The notes below the pieces were generated by a model. That model made no database searches. It worked only from the letters and a program-made list of their open reading frames with translations, and was not told the origin of the DNA. A stretch of DNA of 64,000 nt from Bryobacterales bacterium (GTDB lineage Bacteria > Acidobacteriota > Terriglobia > Bryobacterales > UBA6623): contig OZ241376.1 in the NCBI GenBank assembly GCA_965200705.1, forward strand, positions 2,210,813 through 2,274,812, in the 5' to 3' direction. Shown here piece after piece: positions 56,168 through 64,000 of the stretch (its first letter is position 1; every line of letters begins with the position of its first letter). Position numbers and translations under genes: made by a program.

Positions 56168-56298
56168 CGCGCGTTGCGCCACCCCTCCCGCTCGCACACC
56201 CCCCGCGCCAGCTCCACCCGCGACAGCACCCCGCCGCGCAGCTCCTCCCCCAGCCACTCCACCGTCTCCCGCCGCAACATCCGCAGCCCGATCCGCAC
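56163..56298 (-). pseudogene. DUF4338 (DruA-type N-terminal region) fragment
   Basis: MRIGLRMLRRETVEWLGEELRGGVLSRVELARGVCEREGWRNARGGGG fits the remembered DUF4338 N-terminal pattern (..SRreLsr.vCe...WrnpnG..). Similarity ends at the G13 tract, and what follows is unrelated. Confidence 0.4.
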
Positions 56299-56406
56299 TC
56301 CTTCCCTTCCAACCCACCCTGCCCCTCTCTGTCAGGTGTGTCCCAGTGACAGCCTAGGCGGATTCGGTCGGCGAACGCTCTGATAAACTCAGAATTGTCG
56401 GGTCCG

Positions 56407-57192
56407 ATGCCGTCCGCACCTAACCCGAAGAAGCTCGGCCTCGCGGACTTCATCCTGAACTGCCGCGATGTCCTGGTGTCGGTGCCGAGTCCGGGAGGTT
56501 CGGTAGCGTTCTTCTCCTCGATTGCCGTTGACGAGAAGGAGCTCCAGTGGCTCGTCTTCTCACCGGCCAGCGTCCTGCCACCCCGTGTCGCGGACCTCAT
56601 CCCGAACCTCCGCATCGTCCTCGTCCCCTACTTGCAGCAGGAGGGCGCCGGCACGGTCGAGGGGCCAAGGGGGCCCTGCTACATCGCGTTCGAGACGCCC
56701 CCGGCCAGCAGCCGCTGCCTGGTGCGCTTCGAGGCCGGCGAAGACGAGCATTTCCTGTTCCTGGGCATCGAGGACGAGACCGCCTATGCGGACGCGCACG
56801 TGCTGCTGTACAGCTGCCTGGCGGAGCAGATCATCGAGCGGCTCGGCGACGAGCTGATGGTGCCCTTCGTGGCGCAGGTCCGATCCGAACTGCAACGCAG
56901 GGCAACGGGTGAGGTGAACGAGGAGGCCTGGGCGCTGAAGGACGCCCTAGTGGCCAAGGACGCCGACACGAGCGACGACTCGCAGCCCTTCCGTGACTAC
57001 GCAATGCGCGCGTTGCAGGACACCTTGGCGCTCTACATGCACGGGCTGTGCTGCGACATCGAGCTCGAGGGCGGTCCGAAGCGTCTGTCGAGCCAGCACC
57101 TGCGCACACGGCTCTCCTTGGTCCGCAAGGTCCTGCCCGGACCGCCGGACGTGGCGCTGTTCCCAGAGGAACTTCCGCTAGGTCGCCCTTAG
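56407..57192 (+). CDS. Hypothetical protein, no recognisable domain
   Basis: A 262-265 aa ORF with coding-like composition reads MPSAPNPKKLGLADFILNCRDVLVSVPSPGG..HFLFLGIEDETAYADAHVLLYSCLAEQIIERLG... The start is ambiguous (TTG 56395 or ATG 56407). Confidence 0.6.
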   Translation: MPSAPNPKKLGLADFILNCRDVLVSVPSPGGSVAFFSSIAVDEKELQWLVFSPASVLPPRVADLIPNLRIVLVPYLQQEGAGTVEGPRGPCYIAFETPPASSRCLVRFEAGEDEHFLFLGIEDETAYADAHVLLYSCLAEQIIERLGDELMVPFVAQVRSELQRRATGEVNEEAWALKDALVAKDADTSDDSQPFRDYAMRALQDTLALYMHGLCCDIELEGGPKRLSSQHLRTRLSLVRKVLPGPPDVALFPEELPLGRP

Positions 57193-57211
57193 GGCCGGTC
57201 TCTGGCTGACA

Positions 57212-57748
57212 TCACCGCAGCGGCTGGGTAGCAAGGCTCTCCCGGCAGCGCTGGGCTTCGGCGTGAGCGACCTCCATTGAGGACTCCACGTAGATCGCGA
57301 GCTGGCGAATGTACTCCTTGATCGTGGCGATGCCGTCCACGTTTCGGCTGCGCGCCGAATCGAGCAGGTCGGCCACCTTGCCGTTGTAGTAGCGCCGGGC
57401 ACCGGCGCTCACAGAGCCAAGCAGCATGTCCGTGCGGTCCAGCCACAGGAACGTGTCGACGGCGTAGCGCAGCCGTTCGGGTTCGCGTCCAAGGGCCTGC
57501 GCGGACAGGCTGAGCTGGTCGATTTCATCGAGCAGGATCTTGTGCTGGTCGACGTAGGCCGCCGGGGCCCCGTCCTGTATCCACTCGGCGGGACGCAGCG
57601 CCGAGACGACCTTCTTCGCAGTATCGACGTTCCTGACAACCCCCTCAGCAAGCTCCTCGACCTGCCAGCGTGGAATCATTCCCCCATCCTGCGCAACCGC
57701 CACAGCCGAGGCGGCAAGGAACAACGCTGTCAGTCGAAGCCTGAGCAT
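57212..57748 (-). CDS. Secreted hypothetical protein (178 aa)
   Basis: Only the 3' 537 nt of track ORF 57212..59188 look genuine. They start with the signal peptide MLRLRLTALFLAASAVAVAQ and continue as a helical protein (..YVDQHKILLDEIDQLSLSAQALG..). The rest of that ORF is antisense to the acyl-CoA synthetase gene. Confidence 0.65.
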   Translation of the reverse strand: MLRLRLTALFLAASAVAVAQDGGMIPRWQVEELAEGVVRNVDTAKKVVSALRPAEWIQDGAPAAYVDQHKILLDEIDQLSLSAQALGREPERLRYAVDTFLWLDRTDMLLGSVSAGARRYYNGKVADLLDSARSRNVDGIATIKEYIRQLAIYVESSMEVAHAEAQRCRESLATQPLR

Positions 57749-57832
57749 CGCCCAATGGTACTCAACGGCTGTCCAGATCCAGCCCCTTTGTGGCCGTCGA
57801 GGCAACGAGTGCGCCTGTCTTGTGTACCGTGA

Positions 57833-59449
57833 ATGGACGCCATGGAGACGACAGTCAACTACGCCCCGCTGTCCCCGCTTTCGTTCCTGGACCGGAGCCT
57901 GATGGTGTACCCGGACAGGCCTGCCGTCATTCACGGCGACACCGTCTACACCTACGCCGAGTTCGGTCGGCGCGTCGAGCAGCTCGCCTCCGCCCTGCGG
58001 TCTTGCGGAGTGGGTCGAGGAGACCGCGTGGCAATCCTGGCTCCGAACATTCCAGCGATGCTCGAGGCAAAGTTCGGGCCGATGCGCATCGGTGCGGTCG
58101 TCGTGGCGCTCAACATACGACTCTCTTCCCGCGAGATCGCCTACATCCTGCGGCATTCCGGTGCCAAGGTGCTGCTGTTCGACACCGAATTCGCCGACAC
58201 GGTGCGCGGACTCGGGGACAGGGTTCCGAACATCGAGACGTACATCCAGATCGCGGATGCCACTCCGCCCGTGCCGGACCTGCCCGGGCAGGAGTACGAG
58301 GAATTCCTCGCGGCCGCACCGCCGGACGAGGGCGTCGAACCAATTGACGACGGGGATCCGATCTGCATCAACTACACCTCCGGCACGACTGGCTTCCCGA
58401 AGGGCGTGGTCTTCCATGCTCGCGGTGCGTGGGTCAACGCCGTGGGCGAGGCACTGGAGACGGGGATGCGCTGGGACTCCGTCTACCTGTGGACGCTTCC
58501 GCTGTTCCATTGCAATGGCTGGTGCTTCCCCTGGGCGGTGGCGGCGGTTGGCGCCACGAACGTCTGCCTTCGCAAGATCGTGCCGGCAGACGTGTACGGG
58601 CTCATCGCCCGCTGGGGGGTCACCCACATGTGCTGCGCACCGACGGTGCTGACGGCGCTTTACTCGAGTCCAGACGCCGAGGGCCAGAACCTGAGCGGCG
58701 TCACGGTCGCGACGGCTGGCGCGCCTCCGGCTCCTCAGGTCATCCGCACGATGGAAGGGATGGGTGCAACGGTGCACCACGTATATGGCCTGACCGAAAC
58801 CTACGGTCCGTACACGATATGCGCCGAGCAACCGGGCTGGGACACGCTCGACAGCGGGCGCAGGGCACAGATCAAGGCCCGCCAAGGCGTCCCGTACGGT
58901 GTGGCCGGCGACGGACTGCGGGTGGTGGACGAGAACATGAAGGACGTGCCGCGCGACGGCACCGCCATGGGCGAGGTGGTGATGCGCGGCAACATGGTGA
59001 TGACGGACTACTACAACGATCCCGAGGCCACTGCCGAGGCCTTCCGCGGCGGGTGGTTCCACTCCGGCGACCTTGCTGTCTGGCATCCCGACGGCTACAT
59101 AGAGCTGAAGGACCGATCGAAGGACATCATCATCTCGGGCGGCGAGAACATTTCGAGCCAAGAGGTCGAAAAGGTCGTCATGGAGCACCCCGCGGTGCTC
59201 GAGGTCTCCGTCGTCGGTGTGCCGGACGAGAAATGGGGCGAGGTGCCGAAGGCCTTCATCACAACCCGTCCCGCCACCGAAGTGACGGGCGAGGAGATCA
59301 TTGCCTTCACGCGCGAACGGCTGTCACACTTCAAGTGCCCCAAGCGCATTGAGTTCGGCGATCTGCCCAAGACCGCCACCGGGAAGATCCAGAAGTTCGT
59401 TCTCCGCCAACGCGAGTGGCCGGCGAGCCAGGGGCGCGTCTGGAGGTGA
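57833..59449 (+). CDS. AMP-dependent acyl-CoA synthetase/ligase (medium-chain type)
   Basis: ..ICINYTSGTTGFPKGV..YGLTETYGP..WFHSGDLA..DRSKDIIISGGENIS..PKTATGKIQK.. Confidence 0.9.
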   Translation: MDAMETTVNYAPLSPLSFLDRSLMVYPDRPAVIHGDTVYTYAEFGRRVEQLASALRSCGVGRGDRVAILAPNIPAMLEAKFGPMRIGAVVVALNIRLSSREIAYILRHSGAKVLLFDTEFADTVRGLGDRVPNIETYIQIADATPPVPDLPGQEYEEFLAAAPPDEGVEPIDDGDPICINYTSGTTGFPKGVVFHARGAWVNAVGEALETGMRWDSVYLWTLPLFHCNGWCFPWAVAAVGATNVCLRKIVPADVYGLIARWGVTHMCCAPTVLTALYSSPDAEGQNLSGVTVATAGAPPAPQVIRTMEGMGATVHHVYGLTETYGPYTICAEQPGWDTLDSGRRAQIKARQGVPYGVAGDGLRVVDENMKDVPRDGTAMGEVVMRGNMVMTDYYNDPEATAEAFRGGWFHSGDLAVWHPDGYIELKDRSKDIIISGGENISSQEVEKVVMEHPAVLEVSVVGVPDEKWGEVPKAFITTRPATEVTGEEIIAFTRERLSHFKCPKRIEFGDLPKTATGKIQKFVLRQREWPASQGRVWR

Positions 59450-59683
59450 GGAGCCGCTGAAGCCTCTAAGCTAAGGTTGCAAATGGATGCCCTGACCTAG
59501 GTTGCCTTCGTTTTGGCGGCCGTGACGATTGACGAGGAGACCATCAATGGCTTGGACAAATCGGTCGTCTGGAGCACGAGGCGGAATATCACTGCAGCAA
59601 TCCCTTCCGGGGGCGTCTGTGCGCGTGACCAGCGTCGACAGGGTGGCCCTTTGCGCTGGACCAGACACCTTGGAGGCCGCATC

Positions 59684-62600
59684 GTGATCAACTTGTTCCG
59701 AGTTGGGTTGCCGTGCGCGGCCGCCCTGGCCCTTCCGACCCTCGCGGCCCAGGAGCGGGAGGCTCTCGAGCACTTCGAGAAGCACATCCGCCCCCTCCTG
59801 GTCGAACACTGCTATGCCTGCCACAGCGCCGACACCCAGGCCATGGGCGATCTGCTTCTGGACACCAGGGACGGATGGATGCGTGGTGGAAGCCGCGGTC
59901 CAGCCCTAGTTCCCGGAGATCCCTCGTCCAGCCTGCTATTGGAGGCGGTCTCCTATGGTTCGCTCGCGCTTCGGATGCCGCCGACTGGCCGCCTGCCAGA
60001 CGAGTCGATCGCGCATCTGGAGACTTGGATTCGTCTCGGCGCGCACGATCCCCGCGACGCCTCCGTCTCGATGCCCGACCAGGAGGAGGGGATTGACCTT
60101 GAAGCTGGACGACAGTTCTGGAGCTTCCTGCCCGTGCTCGACCCTGCCCCACCGGCGGTTGAAGACGACGCTTGGGCACGGACGATCATCGACCGGTTCG
60201 TCCTAGCCCACATGGCGGCGGAGAACCTGAAGCCTGCGCCCCAGACGGACCGCATGACCCTGTTGCGGCGAGTCGCATTCGATCTAACTGGCCTCCCGCC
60301 CACACGCGACGATGTCGAGCGCTTCCTGCGAGATCCATCGGAGGATGCATTCCCGAAGGCCGTGGACCGTCTTCTCGCGTCGCCGCACTACGGAGAGCGC
60401 TGGGCGCGGCACTGGCTGGACCTGGTTCGCTGGGCGGAGACCAACGGCCACGAGTTCGACAACAACAAGCTGGACGCGTGGCGCTATCGCGACTACGTTG
60501 TCGATGCCTTCAACGCCGACTTGCCATACAACGTGTTTCTGCGCGAGCAGATCGCGGGCGACCTCCTTCCTGCCCGGCTGTCGACCGACGGCACGCATCT
60601 GGCAAGTCCGATCGCCTCCGGCGTGCATTGGCTGTGGGAGGTTCTCAACTCGCCCACGGACTCGGTGAAGGCCCGCGCCGACCAGATCGACAACCAGATC
60701 GACGTGCTGACCAAGGCGACGCAGGGCTTGACCGTCGCCTGCGCGCGCTGCCACGACCACAAGTTCGACCCGATTCCGACGGCAGACTACTACTCGCTGT
60801 TCGGAATTCTGCAATCGACGCACATGAGCGAGATCTGCATCGACTCGCCCGAACGGGAGCGCGAAATCCATGCGGCAGCGGCAGCGATCGGATCTGTGAA
60901 CCAGGAGCTACGCTACGCGCTGAGGCCGGTGACGCAACGCCTGTCCTCGACCCTCGCGGAGAGGCTGCTCGCCGCATCTGCGGAGCTTCCTGACAACGCT
61001 GCGAGCCCTCTTGCCAAGGAACTCAAGATCGCGCGGTCTGAGCCAAGCCACCCCCTTCATCCGTTCGCCCTGGCTTTGGCGGCTGACGAGGCGAAACCCT
61101 TTGGCGAGACCATGCAGGGCATCCGCGGGGAGATGGAGGGGTGGAGCGCCAAGGCGGAGCCGACCCACCCCATCTGGGAGGAACGAGGAGACACGGTATA
61201 CGAGGACTTCGCAGACGGATTCGGCCTTTGGAACGCCACTGGGGCGGCGTTCGGGCAGGGGCCGGTCGCTGCGACACCCCCGGGCCTCCGATTCGCCGGC
61301 TATGCGGGCGAGACCGTCGCGGCGTCGCACGGCACCGGAGCGAAGACCTTCGTCGGCACGCTTACGACAGAGAAGTTCCGCATGCCGGCCCGCTTCGTGC
61401 ACGTGCGCATGGCTGGAGAGTCCTACTCAACACGCCAGCGCGAGAACGCTGCGCTGCGGTTCACCGTCATCGCCGACGAGCACAAGTCCGGCCATGCGAT
61501 GCCATCCGGGGAGGGCATGCGCTGGCACACCATCGCGATGACCAAGGAGCGCGGACGCATCTGCTCGATCGAGATCATCGACCGAGACCGCGCCGGCTCC
61601 ATCGCCGTGGACCGCGTGGTTTTCTCACGCAGCAAGGAGCCGCCACCGATCGCGGGGCCGATCGATCCACGGATCCTCGCGCTGGTCCGGGACCCGTCGA
61701 TCCAGTCGCTCGAGGATCTCGCAGGCTCCTATCAGGCGCTGGCGGACAGCCTCGCTGCGCAGCCCGATCCGTCGTTCCGTGACGTGGCCGTGCTTGCCGC
61801 CCTGACGGCAGGGCCCCGTCCGATCACTGAGGACTGGAGCGAGGACCAGCCATGGGAGCGCGACCTGCACGCGCTTGTAGAGCGACGCAACGCAGCGGCC
61901 GAAGCGCTGCCGACATCCTCCTTCGGGATGTCGAGCCGCGACTGGAAGGCGGCCGACTCCCCGATCCATTTGCGTGGCAACCACGAAAACCTCGGCGAGA
62001 ACGCGCCACGGCAGTTCCTCCAGGTCATCGCTGGCGTGGACCAGGAACCGTTCCGGGACGGGTCCGGGCGGGTAGCCCTGGCCGACTGGATCGCCAGCGA
62101 ACGCAATCCCCTCACGGCACGGGTGATGGTCAATCGGATCTGGCACCACCACTTCGGCCGCGGGATCGTGCCCTCGACGGACGACTTTGGCCGGATGGGC
62201 GAGATGCCGACCCATCCGGCGTTGCTGGACCACATGGCCTCGCGGTTTATGGCGTCGAACTGGTCAATCAAGGATCTGCAGCGCGACATCGTCCTCTCCA
62301 GCACCTACCGGATGAGCAGTGCGCGGTCCGAGATGGCGGCCGAACGGGACCCTGACAACCGCCTGCTGTCGCACTTCCCTGTGCGGCGACTGGAAGCGGA
62401 GGCGATTCGGGACGCCGTGCTCGCGGTCTCGGGGACGCTGGACACTGCCGTTGGCGGGCCTGGGGTGGTTCCGCACATCAGCGAGTTCCAGGACGGTCGG
62501 GGCAAGCCAACATCCGGCCCCCTCGACGGCCAGGGACGGCGCAGCATCTACACGCAGGTCCGGCGCAACTTCCTGCCGCCGATGTTCCTGGCGTTCGACT

Positions 62601-62920
62601 ACCCGCTGCCGATCTCCACCGCAGGCCGCCGGGGCGTGTCCACGGTCGCCTCGCAGGCACTGCTGATGCTGAACAACGAGCTTGTTCACAGCCAAGCCGT
62701 GCTCTGGGCGGACCGTGTGCGGAAATTGCACGGGACTTCGGCCGAGCGTATCCGCACGCTCTACATGGAGGCATTCGGGCGTCCGCCGCAGCCCGACGAG
62801 ATCCAGCAGATCGAGGCGTTCGTGGCGAGCCGCTCGAACACCGACGAGGGCGACCCAGCAGCCTGGGCCGACGCCGCCCACGCCCTCCTGAACACTTCCG
62901 AGTTCCTGTTCGTCCGCTGA
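59684..62920 (+). CDS. Planctomycete-type cytochrome c (PSCyt) / DUF1549 / DUF1553 protein
   Basis: A signal peptide starts at a GTG (VINLFRVGLPCAAALALPTLAAQ). It continues ..LLVEHCYACHSAD..; ..RRVAFDLTGLPPTRDDVERFL..LLASPHYGERWARHWLDLVRWAETNG..; ..CARCHDHKFDPI.. The track start 59513 is probably too far upstream. Confidence 0.9.
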   Translation: MINLFRVGLPCAAALALPTLAAQEREALEHFEKHIRPLLVEHCYACHSADTQAMGDLLLDTRDGWMRGGSRGPALVPGDPSSSLLLEAVSYGSLALRMPPTGRLPDESIAHLETWIRLGAHDPRDASVSMPDQEEGIDLEAGRQFWSFLPVLDPAPPAVEDDAWARTIIDRFVLAHMAAENLKPAPQTDRMTLLRRVAFDLTGLPPTRDDVERFLRDPSEDAFPKAVDRLLASPHYGERWARHWLDLVRWAETNGHEFDNNKLDAWRYRDYVVDAFNADLPYNVFLREQIAGDLLPARLSTDGTHLASPIASGVHWLWEVLNSPTDSVKARADQIDNQIDVLTKATQGLTVACARCHDHKFDPIPTADYYSLFGILQSTHMSEICIDSPEREREIHAAAAAIGSVNQELRYALRPVTQRLSSTLAERLLAASAELPDNAASPLAKELKIARSEPSHPLHPFALALAADEAKPFGETMQGIRGEMEGWSAKAEPTHPIWEERGDTVYEDFADGFGLWNATGAAFGQGPVAATPPGLRFAGYAGETVAASHGTGAKTFVGTLTTEKFRMPARFVHVRMAGESYSTRQRENAALRFTVIADEHKSGHAMPSGEGMRWHTIAMTKERGRICSIEIIDRDRAGSIAVDRVVFSRSKEPPPIAGPIDPRILALVRDPSIQSLEDLAGSYQALADSLAAQPDPSFRDVAVLAALTAGPRPITEDWSEDQPWERDLHALVERRNAAAEALPTSSFGMSSRDWKAADSPIHLRGNHENLGENAPRQFLQVIAGVDQEPFRDGSGRVALADWIASERNPLTARVMVNRIWHHHFGRGIVPSTDDFGRMGEMPTHPALLDHMASRFMASNWSIKDLQRDIVLSSTYRMSSARSEMAAERDPDNRLLSHFPVRRLEAEAIRDAVLAVSGTLDTAVGGPGVVPHISEFQDGRGKPTSGPLDGQGRRSIYTQVRRNFLPPMFLAFDYPLPISTAGRRGVSTVASQALLMLNNELVHSQAVLWADRVRKLHGTSAERIRTLYMEAFGRPPQPDEIQQIEAFVASRSNTDEGDPAAWADAAHALLNTSEFLFVR

Positions 62921-62986
62921 CGCCGGCGGCGGCGCCCGCAGCACCCCGAAGCGCCGGCTTCGGTATTCTTGGTGCGGGAAAGAATC

Positions 62987-63859
62987 ATGCTGCGCATAGT
63001 TTTGGCACTGCTGCTGGCCTCCGGAGGAGCGCTTGGTGGTGAACTGCAGAACCAACTCACCGAACAAGAGAAGCTGGACGGCTGGCAGCTGCTCTTCGAC
63101 GGGACCACGACCAACGGCTGGGAGGGGTTCCAGAACACCCCGTTCCCCAGCACGTCCTGGGCCATCGAGGACGGAACGATCCGCACACTGGCCGACAACA
63201 GTGGCGGTGACCTGGTGACGGTCAGCGAGTTCGAGAACTTCGAGCTGACCTTCGACTGGAAGCTGGTGCAGCACGGCAACAGCGGCGTCAAGTACCTCGT
63301 GCAGAAGGCCTGGGCCGGACCCGGGTACCGGCCCCACCTGAGTCCAGACGCCAAGCGCCGTTCGATGCTGCGCGCCACGGGACCGGAATACCAGCTGCTT
63401 GACGACGTCAACCTCAACCGTCGCAGGAGGGGGTGGGAGTACTCCGCCTGCGGCTCGCTCTACCTGCTGCACAAGCCGGCGGCGGACAAGCCGGAGTGCA
63501 CCCCGGGCGTCTGGCACACCTCGCGCATCCTTGTGCGGGGCACGCATGGCGAGCACTGGCTGGACGGCAAGAAGATCGTGGAGTTCGAATTCAACGACCC
63601 CGACCTCTTTGCCAGGGTGGAGCAGACCAAGTTCAAGCGCGTGCCCGGATTCGGGTTCAAGGGCCCAGGGCACATCGCCCTGACGCACCACAACCACCCT
63701 GTCTGGTACCGCAACATCAAGATCCGCGCCCTGCAGGGTCCGCGGGTGTCGCACTACCTGCCGGGCAGGCTGTTCGAGCCGGACGGTCTGATCCCCCCGC
63801 CACCGCGTCTGCCGCAGCCGGGCGACCCCACCACGCAGACTTCCAGCGCGGCACGCTAG
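62987..63859 (+). CDS. DUF1080 (3-keto-disaccharide hydrolase-like) domain protein, secreted
   Basis: MLRIVLALLLASGGALG..GWQLLFDGTTTNGWEGF..WAIEDGTI..SEFENFELTFDWKL..GNSGVKY..GHIALTHHNHPVWYRNIKI. Confidence 0.85.
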   Translation: MLRIVLALLLASGGALGGELQNQLTEQEKLDGWQLLFDGTTTNGWEGFQNTPFPSTSWAIEDGTIRTLADNSGGDLVTVSEFENFELTFDWKLVQHGNSGVKYLVQKAWAGPGYRPHLSPDAKRRSMLRATGPEYQLLDDVNLNRRRRGWEYSACGSLYLLHKPAADKPECTPGVWHTSRILVRGTHGEHWLDGKKIVEFEFNDPDLFARVEQTKFKRVPGFGFKGPGHIALTHHNHPVWYRNIKIRALQGPRVSHYLPGRLFEPDGLIPPPPRLPQPGDPTTQTSSAAR

Positions 63860-64000
63860 ATGACCCCCGACCGAGCCCTCTTGCGTGCGTAGCGCTGGAA
63901 TTCGCCGATCCTGGCTTACTCTGAAGCCAGTCGGCGATCCAAGCGTGGGATTGTATGCCGCCGGATCGTCGTCGAGGGCCTGGCCGGATCGCCACAGCCT

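Noticed and set aside
57749-59188. The upstream 480 codons of track ORF 57212..59188(-)
   Set aside because: They are antisense to the acyl-CoA synthetase gene. Only the last 178 codons, beginning with a signal peptide, look genuine.
63916-64000. A possible 3' end of a minus-strand gene entering from the right edge (..DPARPSTTIRRHTIPRLDRRLASE*)
   Set aside because: Only 28 codons are visible and they carry no motif, so the call cannot be supported.

Overview
This is a high-GC bacterial chromosomal segment. By gene content it fits Acidobacteriota best: an acidobacterial-type VWFA protein, several DUF1501/DUF1549/DUF1553/DUF1552/DUF1592 pairs, and many Tat/Sec-signal proteins. All family names come from reading the translations and from memory; no search was run.

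Roughly 45 kb is ordinary housekeeping: topA, tsaB, metX, tkt, an AddAB-like helicase-nuclease pair, glgC, moaC-moeA, gltA, a polyprenyl synthase, an OPT transporter, an acyl-CoA synthetase and tRNA-His.

The interesting parts are accessory:
1. Positions 1-7.5 kb hold a chain of toxin-antitoxin and defence-type genes, nearly all on the minus strand. Most are visibly decayed:
- a DUF4258/YgiT pair, a HicB-like fragment and a HEPN fragment;
- a small membrane protein broken by a 20-bp tandem duplication;
- a TIR-like gene split by an IS1595-family insertion with an intact 8-bp target duplication;
- a 5'-truncated Uma2 gene, on the plus strand.
Only vapBC and a large PHP-domain/SMC-type ATPase fusion, which runs off the left edge, look intact.
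2. A perfect 49-bp inverted repeat links the PepSY gene to the truncated Uma2 gene and brackets 1.76 kb.
3. Two IS families (IS1595-like and IS1634-like) are each present as two defective copies carrying reciprocal internal deletions.
4. Positions 53.5-56.4 kb are a rearrangement patch. It contains a truncated IS, a 0.46-kb segmental duplication of a small coiled-coil membrane-protein gene with 33-bp in-frame repeats, a C13 tract and a DUF4338 fragment.

No CRISPR array, rRNA or prophage was seen. Many long ORFs in the supplied track are antisense shadows of real genes, as expected at this GC content.
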